Assembly (NCBI GenBank): GCA_905331295.1
Contig: CAJNYD010000203.1
Coordinates: 66,114-110,127 of the forward strand
DNA from: Rotaria socialis
Taxonomy: Eukaryota
Length of the DNA stretch: 44,014 nucleotides
Reading direction: 5' to 3'
Shown here: in pieces, positions 26,479-38,392 of the stretch
Numbering within the stretch: position 1 is the first letter of the stretch
How the letters are laid out: the number at the start of each line of letters is the position of its first letter
The notes under the pieces: model-generated
What the model was told of the DNA's origin: nothing
Databases searched by the model: none
What the model saw: only the letters and a program-made list of their open reading frames with translations
Translations under genes and position numbers: made by a program

Positions 26479-26493
26479 GTTTTCCTAGACAAC
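26479..26493 (-). promoter_or_regulatory. X-box-like (RFX) motif upstream of the C2orf81-like gene
   Basis: The minus strand reads GTTGTCTAGGAAAAC, a near match to the X-box consensus GTTNYC-TA/AT-GGNAAC, 66-80 bp upstream of the ATG. An extra half-site GTTGCTA lies at 26418-26424. Confidence 0.55.
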
Positions 26494-29144
26494 CTTGAAT
26501 TACCTGCAAAGCATTTTACAAGTGACATCTTTTTAGTAGTGTTGTAGATGGGCGTAGACGTTGATAAGATTCTTTTGACAAACTTTAAAGAACTTTTAGC
26601 CAAACTAATGGAACCAGCTAATCCAGGAAATGGATTCATATTACACTGACAATCTTATGAGTGAATCAGGTCAATGAATTTTTTAGACTTCCATTTTTTT
26701 CATCTTTCTTTCTTTTAATTATACGTACGTTTTCAATAGAATAGGCAAATAAACTTGTACTTGACACTTGAACACAAAAAAAAGAACCTTAAGTATAAAC
26801 TTAATAGAAATACGCTCTGATCATATCGACATAGTTTTGAGTATAAATTGGCAATTATATTTTTCACATGCACACACTGAAGTTCATATTCTACGATATA
26901 GCTCATACTATGATATTACTGTTCGACGAGAAAAAAAAACAAATCAAATCATACCTAAGGTAGAACCTAATAGCGATGATCAGCTAGTAGGAATGCGATT
27001 AGTATGAAGATATTTATCGATTAAATACATAATTAATATGAAATAAAGCACTAGGTCGTACTCTATCAAAAATGAATATACATACGCATAAAAATAATGC
27101 AATTACAGAATTTGAAAATATACGATAGATACAGTAAGTGACTGAAAATTTGAAATGTATGTCTTTTATTTGTTCTTTCACAATGTCAAGTTTCTTGGCA
27201 ATTATCAGATCCCAAGAACTTCGAAACTTTATCCTATTGTGAGTATTCGTGTTCAACACGTCGATGAGAGAAATTCTATCAGAGTACTGATTACGAAAGG
27301 ACATCAAATGTTGGACAAGTATAATTAGGCAGAGAATCATATTCTTTAGCATAAAAATAATTTTAAGGTGCTTTTTAGTTTTAGTTAGCGGTGTGAAAAA
27401 AAACGATTCGTGTTAGAAGTATATTTTAATTAAAATTCATAACATTCTAAATTATTCTTTTAACACCAACGGATGAGAATCAAGTTTCCAAGCCGTCAAT
27501 GTTATTCGAGAACATAAATGCGTACGAAAAATATTTAAATACCAATTTAATCTTTTATTAAAAACAAATACAATTTTTTATCGTCACCAAGAAAGTAGAG
27601 AAAAATTGATTTTCATTAAAATAATCATAATTTATTCTGGTAATAAAAAACGATCAATGCCATTTGACAAAAAAAAAAGATTGATATTGTGTTAGATGAT
27701 GCAATATATCAATTTCTGACGATTTCTCAGGCAATATTTCTTCGACATTCGTTGATGAATAGTATGTTGAATCAAAATAAGGATTCATCAACGGAGCGAG
27801 GAAACTTGAAAGACAAATAAAATAATGCAAAAATTGTGATATTCCACGTAATCAATTTTAAGTCAATATGTTTGACAATAAAAATGACCTTGATTACATG
27901 TTTGATTCTCTAAGGATTCTCTCGCGTTTCTTTCATTTGCATTGATGACACTGATGCATTCAAAATGTTTTCGGATTTTACATATTTTAAAATTTGGTTG
28001 GAGACCATCAAACAATTTAGATGATTTTTGGAAGGAAAAAACCAACGTTGATGTCAGCTTGATCTTCTTTTACATATTCGGTAGAATCGTTCGTTTACTG
28101 ATTTGAACTATGGTTGTTGAGTGTAGATAAAGTTGATTGAGATTAGTCTCAGTCGAAGACAGAAAAAAATGATTGTAACCGAAAAGTAAATATGAAACTT
28201 CTCATTGCTTTAGCGACGGACGTACATTAATGATTACTTTCCAATCAAAGGCTTAAACAAATCCAATAGCAAAACAACAAATAATAATAAATTTAAAAAA
28301 TAAATGCATTTTTGTTATTATATTTGTTCTATTCTTAAAATAGTTTTGAGTAGAAATTATTTGTGAGCATAAAGACAATATGAAAATAAGTTTGAATACC
28401 CAGATGAAATTGCAACGAAAAATAATTTAATAAATACATAAATATTGTGACGACAACACTGGCATAAATTACTAGTTTGTTTTAGTTAGAAGACCTCGAT
28501 AGAATTCAAACATTGAATTATGTTAGTTTTTAATAATACATTTGACGAAGTAATAACTATGACTGATTCGCTGTCTACTATTGCGGAAAATAAATTCATT
28601 ATAACACTACCATGCTTTCTCTTTTTTTTTAATATTTTACTACCCGATTTGTTTTGTAGCTGATATATTATTATCAAGAATATTCTTTAAGTTTATGCTT
28701 CTAAAGTTACTTATATATAAATATTCAATATGAAAATATACGGACTCATCTTATATTTTCTTGTTGAAAAATGAATTCTGACATGAAAATGTATTTCAAG
28801 ATGTATCTTTACGAAGTTCGCGATTAAAAAATACATTTACTTTCGTATTTATAAAAATTTCATGTAACTATAATGGGTGCTATCCTAACTCGTACAGTAT
28901 CTTGTAAAATATTTTCATCGATAAAAAGTTGGTAATTCAGTGTTTTAATTTAAGAAAAATTCCATTTTAATAAATTGAACTACTTATATTTGACTATATT
29001 ATTCAACGAATCAATCGACATTAATCAATCCAAATATACTTTAGAAGAAGAAGAAGAAGAAGAAGCTTGGAAAACTGAAATTTAATCGGAGAAACAAGAT
29101 AGAATTATCACGCTTTTTCTTTCTCTCAAAAAAATAACGAAATT

Positions 29145-31294
29145 TTAACAATAAATCCAATCTTGATGATTCTTTGGACGGCATGCTTTTGGGCATTCAC
29201 CAAACGGCAGTTTTCCATCAAGACAACAAGGTCGCACACAGCCTATATAACAATTAGTTGCATCTGGTAATGGGCGTTGCATTGAAAACGGTTGTGTATC
29301 TGTACCGTAACGCATTTGACAAATAAAACTATCGTGAACAATAATACTTGATTTAGCGTGTGGCCACACTTCATTGGTCAGAAATGCTTGATCATTGATA
29401 CCGGGATACTTTTGTACTAGATTTTTATTATGAATTTTATTATGAAGCGAAAGGGACATGGCTGGATCCAATGAGGGTCGAAATCCCCACATTCCGCCAA
29501 GCATAGCTGTTACATGCATTGGATGGTCACGCATAGCATGAAATGATTTATTTGTAGCCAACCATTCGTCAATAGCTGCACGTTCACGCTTTGTTAATGG
29601 CGAATCAAGATCACGGCTCATCACTAGAAAAAAGTGCTCATTCATATAATTAAATTTCATCAAAGTAAGTTTTCATTATTTAAAAATTAAGCATCCTTAA
29701 CGTTGATGTCTCAACTGTTTTTCATATTATAAGTGATATTGAATGGATCTTCATAGTCATAGAATGAAATTTATTGAATAAATCCTCACATCGTAGTTAA
29801 TTACCTTTGTCTACAAGCAAGCAAACTTGCTAAATTCTGTTGATCAAATCAAAAAGTCCACTGATTTGTTTTTATAATGTAATATTTTATATTCACGTCA
29901 TAAACAAAAATCTATTTAATTCAAGGATGAAATATTTTGAAATATATTATTAGCTCTTTTTCGATAATAATAACACATATACGATGCTATTTGTTTTAAT
30001 TTTTCTACGGAAATAATAACATTGAAAAATTAATTTTAGTTATCATATTACATAGATAATAAATCGTTTGTTGTCTCTTGATATAATATGATAGCTATAT
30101 GACTATGTGTCATTTATTAGATGTATAGCAATACTATTATTACATTTATGACGAATACAACCACTGTATCTCTTAATTCTAGTTCGAACAGTCTTTTGCA
30201 TTGCTAATTTTTCGTGTAAAAGGTCCGTTGGGACAGATTGCACTAAATAAGATAAGACTGTCAGCGCCTCACGGTGAATTCGTCACAATAAATAAAGCGG
30301 TTTAAAAAAAAAGATCTCTTAATTTTATTGATTGCATGATTGAGTAGTATTAGAGAAAGCAAGTAATATCATGTTTGATCTTGTGTGAGATTTCCTAAGA
30401 AACTCGATGGTATACGTGAAAAAAGATGTATTTTAAAGTTTGGTTTTCAGCTGATCTAACAGTAAAATGTATTTTATTCAAAACGAAATCCCTAAATCAC
30501 AATTTCTACTGGATTATCAGAATAAATTTCAATTGATTGATTAACTACGGCTATGAGTATTGTTTAGATATCAATTCAGTGAACTACAATTTCTCACAAA
30601 TAATACGCAACTCTGATATTCTTTTTATTGTTCGTTCAATCATTGTATTCAATTGAACCTTTATCTACGGCAATTTTTACTTTCTTGGTTTGTAGTAAAT
30701 TTAATTCTAACTAGAATGTATCAAAAAAAGTGACTTACTAGTATCAACAAGTGGATCACCAGCAGGTATAAAACGCCATATTTTTGGTGGAATGTAACGT
30801 TTAGCGATCATATTACAGAAATCAACATTTGAATATCGACATTCTATAGGACATATAACATCTGGATAGGTAACTGCGTCATCATGATGAATTCGTAGTA
30901 TAAAATTATCAGAAAAGAATTTGTTTACATCATTGATCAGTTCATGTAAGAAATAAATCGTAGAATTATATAAAAATCTTTTATTTTCTTTTGGCCCATA
31001 AAGACTGATAGAAATGATGCGTTGATTCGGCCCTCGACGAGTAGCATAATCACTGCATACATCTGATTGATTTTTGGGTATCTTTGATATTATCTTCAAA
31101 TCAATGGTAGGCAACGGATGTCTATCACATCTACATTCAGGTCGACGACGATAACTGCCTGTTGATGGCTGTTTTATGTTAGAGATATAATCAACAATAT
31201 GAAATATAATGAAGACTATAAGACTAGATAACAAACATAGATATACCAAGGAGAGAAATCGTCGTCTATTAACCAACCAAAGCGGTAATCGCAT
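29145..31294 (-). CDS. Type II membrane glycosyltransferase-like protein (GT-A-like, uncharacterised family), copy A, about 344 aa
   Basis: Exons 31294-30739 and 29623-29145 with a phase-1 intron of 1115 nt (GTAAGT...CTAG). Basic N-terminal tail, TM helix, stem, then IISISLYG, WRFIPAGDPLVD-MMSRDLDS (DxD), MRDHPMH, MLGGMWG, DQAFL and a C-terminal CPxxCRPxxHxDWIYC. The gene model is firm; the function is inferred. Confidence 0.85.
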
Positions 31295-33189
31295 AACAAG
31301 CTTTTAAAGAAATATTTCATCTTGATGATTAAAAGTTTTTTTCTCGTTCTGTTTTCTTTTTATTTAATCGAATCATTGAAGTCTTCTCTACTGTTCTTTT
31401 TTCTTTCAGTTGTATGCCATATTACAACTCGAATGTTCCAAAAAATCACGAAAGAATAACGTATTCATATGATCAAGTCTTGTTTCATGCAAACATGCAA
31501 CGATAGATGAACAAACACTTGAGAGCAATGCGACGTGAAATAAATGACGCAACAAATGTAAACAGAATGCGAAGGTTCTTAAAAAACTCATCTTTTAAAT
31601 GTTGTGATCATAATAATCTTCTTATCTGTAATTTTGAAGCTAATTATTTTATTGAGTAAAGTGGTGAATGTTAAAAATTGATAAAGCTGATTGAAATTGA
31701 CTTTCGCGAAGGACAAAAAAAATAACGTCTGTCGAAATCTAAATAAGAAGTTTCTCATTTTTGTATTTGAACGGATGGATGTCATTACCTGCTTTACAAT
31801 AGAAGTTTTGATGCATGATAAAGTCAAAAGCAAGCATATAATTATTAATGTTTTTTTTTCTATTTTATTCTATTTTGACAAAAGAATCCAGTAGAAATTA
31901 TGTGTGATTATAAAAGAAACCATGCAGATATAGGCTAATCAACTGATGAAAACCAGAATGAAAATAAGTGAAAAAGAATACGTAGGTAAGCTTTGCACCG
32001 AACGCAAACATTTCTTTTCATTTTTACCATGCAGATATGGTGACAGAACTGAGAAAAATAGGAGCTTTGTTTGATTACTCCTTCGAGGAACAAACGAGTA
32101 TGACTCTTTTCATAGTTTTGTTGTCTCAGAAGGATTTTATATGAGCATGTATATGTTATTCTCTAGTAAACTTAGCGATCGCACAAAATGATAGGAACAT
32201 AGTTATTTATCTTACAGCTACACAGTTGACGAATATAAAATTATCGTTTCTTTTTCCTCCTCTAACCAGCGCATTAAGCAGCATTCCAGTGGCTCCTCTA
32301 TTTTCAATGCCTGAGTTAATACCAAACCATGAAAATTATTGACTGAGAGCTTGCGACTGCGATGATCACAAAAGATTATCATAGATCAGCGACATTTGGA
32401 AGAGATAATTATGCGAAAAATGACTATTGACCGCTAATATTTTCCTTGTACGGTGAGATCTACAGCTACTTCAAAAATCTTATATGTGTGATACCTATGT
32501 ATACTTGAATGATTGTCGAACCAATTTGATACGACTGATCTCTGGATTCTTCGTTGTAACCCAGATATATTACGGCTGAATTCTTGATCGAAGAATAAAG
32601 AATAATGTCAATATTGTGGTGCACTGTTGCTGTCTGAAAATTATTTGCAATATGGTTCATACTATACTAATACCGTATAGCATACTAATAATTTGCTGGA
32701 AGCGCTTTCTCTAGTTCAAATCATATGAATAAGTTTATTCTTTAACAATTAAAACAGCTTAGAGCAAATTTTTGTTTGTTAAACCGGTTTATACAAAAAA
32801 GTTATTCAAAGAAATCAGGATGGAAACAATGATACACTCAAAAACCCTTGAACAAAAACGCGTCCAAATCGATGTTGCCTATACTATTAAAAATTCTAAC
32901 CAAACTATCAATTTTCATCCCATCGAATATCATCCATTCACTATTTATTATGTTGATTTTATTCTACAATCTATGACACACAAAATACGTGATAGAAAAA
33001 GCTTTTTAGTCCAGTTGCGTTGGGACTAAAGAGTAGCACTCACATTTATCCTTTAGACTTACTAAACTGATGCAAAATAACTCAAGTAAAACATCTACCT
33101 TGATTTTCAACACCTATAATTAGGCCATGATGTATTTGCTTATGTTTTTAATGAAGGGTTACTTGTTACTATGTTGTTAGTGTCTATAA

Positions 33190-34332
33190 TAGATGTGTTT
33201 GATGAATTTTGGCCCACGGATTTTTCCGGCTGGAGTTTCGAACCAATTTTAGGCAAATGCATCGAAACCTGAAAAAACCCTAATTTTCTAAAAATGAGTT
33301 TCTAGATGTTTTAGTGCTGAGCGAAGTGACGTAGTGCTGAAAACAGTGGTGCGAATGTAGATCGAAATATATCGACTTCGTGAATCACGAACGATCAGCG
33401 GCGAAGAAGGCATGAAAGAACATCGGAAAAAAAGGATTTATGAAAGCGCAACGTGACACATACCCGTTTTTTCCGTTTTTAAAATATCTGATAAACCCTT
33501 TTCCAAATCATAAACCTAAAAACTGCTTATTATCTTCGTCATATACGGAAAAAAGGGTTTACGATACGTTGCACTTTCATAAACCCTTTTTTTCTGTTAA
33601 ATACCCCATCAAAAACGTTTTTTTTGCTTGTTATTCTGCCGACTTTTTTTTACAGTGAACACATATATGAATTATACAATAAGTGAGAGAGCTAATACAT
33701 TAGATAACAATAGAATATACAGAGAGCAAAACTAACCAAGAACGAAAGATCTAATTTGATCAATCTGATAGTGTATTTAAGAAGAAATTGAACGATTTCA
33801 GAGGAAGTTGCATCAATACAATTCCGATGTCAATAAAGATAAAATTATTAATTGTCGATAAGCATCTTAGAACATCATTCTGAACAGCTGGATAAGTTTA
33901 AAAGGCAGGCATGTTCCATTTCAACAAGTACAAATGCGCACTTGTGCGCTTTCAACTTTAATATTGTAAATTTACGCATCGTATTATATTCCGTAAGACA
34001 CATATTAATTGAACAAGATATGTCTTTGATTGTGAAATATATAATCCCAAGTTTGTGTACTCTTTTTCTTCTATTGACATAGAAACGTAATCATGTGACT
34101 AAAATTTTCTTAGGAAAACCTCGCTGAACCTGTAGTGTATAAATGAACAGCTTAGAACACTGTGACGTTTAGCTCAGCACGACATCGCTCCGTTCGGCAC
34201 TAAAAAATCTATAGTTTTTAGAAAATTAGGTTTTTTCCAGGTTTCAATGAATTTGTCTAAAATTGGTTCGAAAGCCCGGAGATTTTTCGGACCGGCCCGA
34301 AACTTCCGTGGGTCGAAATTCCGGTCTCCCTA
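33190..34332. mobile_element. Old non-autonomous TIR element (hAT-like TAG...CTA ends), about 1.14 kb
   Basis: Roughly 150 bp of imperfect inverted repeat between about 33200-33345 and about 34172-34325 (tttcgaaccaattttaggcaaat...ctaattttctaaaaa versus its reverse complement). The right end is ...tcccta. The left end is degenerate and no clear TSD is seen. Confidence 0.75.
33424..33657. mobile_element. Truncated hairpin MITE with a CACTG-type terminus, nested in the 33.2-34.3 kb element
   Basis: Inverted repeat cggaaaaaaaggatttatgaaagcgcaacgt / acgttgcactttcataaaccctttttttctg (33424-33596). The right end ttttttttacagtg is the reverse complement of CACTGTAAAAAA. The left terminus is missing. 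Confidence 0.6.
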
Positions 34333-35027
34333 ATAGATAGACCTTGCTTTTTTTGTATAGTTTGTCATGAGAAAACAAAAAGAAATAGCAGCCAAATTAG
34401 TCTACTCCGTAATTGGCACAATTTTAATAGATCTTAGTATTTTAGATCTAAATATCATATCTTATATTACTACGATCCTTTGCAAGACTATAGTCTCTTG
34501 CTTGACTCTAAACTTCTATCGTTTCTAGATTTTTATAATTCGATATGTCAGTTGAGTGAACGGAAAACGACTATCTAATTTGGGTAAAATACTTCTGTCG
34601 ACATAATTTAAGACTATTACATTTTCTTGTATTTATTTTGATTGCTCTTTACATATTTTTATTTGATTTCTTTCAAAACGAATTTAGCATGATCATTGGC
34701 TTCATTATGCTTACTTGTAGTATCTGAAACAGGTAATTAAATTAATTAACTTGATTCCAATTCAAAAACTATTTCATATACATGATGTCTAATTCTATAA
34801 ATCAAAATATTGTACTTAATCTTTATAGGTAAGATTATGTTTTTAACCGATCCAGATAAGAAAATGCTTTAAAATATGCTCAAAGCATCGGTATCTATAT
34901 GATCGTTTAAATTCTTATAAATTTATTCGATGAAAATTAATATTCTTTTGATATTCATCGAGAAATCATATGTAGCCAGTTCTTACCGAAAAGAACTACA
35001 GAAGTCGTCAGATCAAGGGGTGGGCAA

Positions 35028-35265
35028 TAGAGACCTGTATGACCACGATTTTTTAGTCACGGTCACGATTATAGTCACAAGAAATATATGAATCCTGTTG
35101 TTGCCTTTAATTAAGATTTTATATTAAATGTGAACATAGCAAAAAAACCGTTGATTTTTGTATTTTTCGATTAGATTATGAACAATATGTTTTAGCTTTT
35201 TCCTTCTATGCTAAGGTATTCCTGGTCACGGTCACGCGTAACCCTGACCACTTTGCAGGTCTCTA
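35028..35265. mobile_element. hAT-type MITE (238 bp)
   Basis: TIRs TAGAGACCTG...CAGGTCTCTA; degenerate 8-bp TSD gtgggcaa/gtgagtaa (6/8 match); subterminal gtcacg repeats. Confidence 0.85.
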
Positions 35266-36566
35266 GTGAGTAAAGATCAAATATCAAAATTCGATGGTTA
35301 ATTGTTTTTGATTGTACAGTACGCAATATGACATCATATGAATGCTTCGGTCATCCCTCTATGTTTCAAGTTGTTCGATTGGAGAATACTTTCATCTCAG
35401 CATGAAAATCATTATTCTTAGCTTATTTATTCTATTATTAAGGTAAACAAAAATATTGAAATCAATCTCAAATTTCATGGGTGTGGGTGTGCAACAAATG
35501 GACACTCACGCCTTTTAACTATAAACTTATTTCAATTGCACTATTTTTTGTGTGAAAATGATTTTTATTGCTAAAATGAATCGGATGACGCATATTTTAA
35601 ATGAAACTTATTCTGGTACATATTTCATTCCTTTGAATTTATATGATAAATATTTTTAAACGCTTGAAGACATAAGAGCTAACAGAGTAAATGCAACTTG
35701 GAATTAGATGCTTGTCTTGAACATAAAACTTAATATTTAATATTTAAAAAAAACATAAAGCACGCAAAAATTTAATGAAATTAATCCTTCAGAATATCTG
35801 AAATTTTCAAGAGAAACTATAGTCCCCGTAAATTCTATTTCTTTCTAAAGATTCAAGTCGAAAGTAGAGAATCAATTTTCTTAGTGATCTTAACGGAAAC
35901 TATGTTTTGTATTTGAAAAAAACTAAAATTACAGTGCAACTATAGAAAAAGTGAAAGCCTGAAGATTTTTTTCAAGATCTTGAAAACTCATTTAAATCAA
36001 AATACGATCAAAGCAACACTGACACATAAACAATCGATTCGTAAAGAGACTTCGTTGGTATGAATATCATAATTCGTAGTATTTTACTAGCCCATTCCCT
36101 CGTTATTTTATTTTCTACGGCTTATGAAAAGTATTATTGATAGACATCACTAATAACCATATCAAATAAATACAAAATATTTAAAACTGAACTTTATTTT
36201 TCAGAAATCGATGGCGACATGAAATGTCTTCAGTTGAAGTAGTTTTATAAAATTTAATGCGTTTTACTTCACAACATATTATTAAGTACATTTCTAAAAG
36301 ATTTTCCTGCTAATTTGATAAATATCTGGTAACATATTGTTATAAAATTTAGTTACTTTGAATTTGAATTTAAAAATTTGTAAAGCAAGTTTATTTATCA
36401 GAAAATTTCTCTTATATTCAACTATTGAAATCACTGTAACAGTAGACAGGAATCAGCACAAACGCATCATAAGAAAAGAAGTAACTTCAGAAACAGTACT
36501 TTTATCAAGATAACAAATCGAACTCGCGTGATTTTTGTTTTCTTGGCAAAGAATTTCTTTTGAAAA

Positions 36567-38392
36567 TTAACAATAAATCCATTCTGGGTGGTCTTTTGGA
36601 CGACATTCTTTCGGACATTCACCAAAAGGTATTTTTGCATGACCACAACAAGGTCGCACACAACCTACAAAACAATCAGTTTGATTCATTGATGGACGTT
36701 GTGTTGGAAATGGTTCTGGTTTTTGACCATAACCATTTTTACAAAGAAAACTATCATGGACAATAATACTTGATTTAGCTTGTGGCCATACTTGTTCGGA
36801 AAGAAACGATTGATCACGACGGCCACCATAACGCCTTATTAAGTCTCGATTGTGAATTTTATCATGTATCAAACGAGACATGTTTCGATCCAGTGAAGGT
36901 CGAAAGCCCCACATTCCACCAAGCATAGGCACCCCATGCATCGGATGGTCGCGCATAGCATGAAATGATTTATTAGAGGCAAGCCATGCATCAACTGCTG
37001 CACGTTCACGTCGTGTTAATGCTGAGTCAAGATCACGGCTCATCACTAAAAGAAGAAATAAAACGTATTCAATTCTATTGATATTTCATGAAACATAGAA
37101 GGACATTATAGAAGAGTGGAAGCATCGTTATGATATGATGTTGAATATTGATTTTATCATTCCGTTATGTACATTTCTAATATTTGTATGTTTTACTGAA
37201 AAAATTTCTATATCATTCGAAAGACTAGAACATTCTTCGTCAGATATTTTTCTTATAATTAGTTTATGTACATAATATTTTTATGAGTTTCCGTGCGTTT
37301 TTATGCCATTGGAAATAACTAAAAATAATTTATTAGTCTTGAGATGTTATGCTCTTTTTAAATATATATTTTCAAATTTTTCTTTGACGTACTGCTAGTA
37401 AATGAATTTTAAACAAATCTTTCAATAAATAATAAAGTTTTATTAGTACTCATAAGATTACGAATTTTCTCGCTATCAATAACTGTTCTCAATATAACAT
37501 TTTAAGGAGCTTTTGACTTACTGTTGTTATGAAGAATCATAGTTAATAATGAGCTAAAACTCAACGATCAAAATTCGCTTTTATCTTTGGTATGTGGAAT
37601 TTTTTAGTACTGTTTGCAATGATGTTTAGCTTTAATCAAGATACTAAAATGTTCGATTTGGGAAATTTTATACCGACATCAAATATCTGTTCTAAATGAA
37701 CAATGTTTAAGTTCGAATTCAATTAAAAATAAACACTTCTAAAGAACAGAACTGTCTGAGCGCATATCAACTTTCAACGTCATTCTTATCTATTTTTGTT
37801 TTTGATTGATTGGTTCTTAGTAAAAAATGAATTCTAATTAGAGTTCATCAATGAAATACATACTAATATCAACAAATGGATCACCAGCAGGTATAAAACG
37901 CCAGATTTTTGGCGGAATAAATAATTTAGAACTCATACTACAAAAATCAACATTTGAATATCGACATTCTATGGGACATACAATGTCTGACAACGAAATT
38001 GCATCATCATGATGAATACGTAATGTAAAATTATCGGGATAAATTATATTGATATCATTGATGAGTTGGTTCAAAAAAGTAAATGATCGATTATATTGAA
38101 AGATTTTATTTTCTTTTGGGCCAAAAAGACTAATAGAAATAATACGTTGATGTGGTCCTCGTTGATTGGCATATTGATTACAGAGATAATATTGAGGTGT
38201 GATCATACTTGATGTTGACTTAACATCTAATTGAGGTAAATCAGGTCTTGAACAAGCACATTGAGGTCTTCTTCGACGGTAGTCAGTATTAAAATATGCA
38301 GAAATCAAAGGTGTTGAACGAGCCAAATAAAATAAAATAAAAATGCCAACTAAGCATCTAAACAGTAGACGAATCCAATAGCGATGCATCAT
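36567..38392 (-). CDS. Type II membrane glycosyltransferase-like protein (GT-A-like, uncharacterised family), copy B, about 335 aa
   Basis: Exons 38392-37864 and 37045-36567 with a phase-1 intron of 818 nt at the same position as in copy A. Motifs are the same as copy A. The exon-2 peptides align without gaps at about 107/159 identical residues (manual count). A 5'-UTR intron may lie at 38679-38507. Confidence 0.85.

Noticed and set aside
27640..28110. Possible decayed coding sequence on the minus strand
   Set aside because: The frames I translated are interrupted by stops, and no family was recognised.
32250..32700. Slightly GC-richer stretch with a CQYCGALL motif
   Set aside because: It is an isolated CxxC between stops, which is insufficient to call a Helitron or other gene relic.
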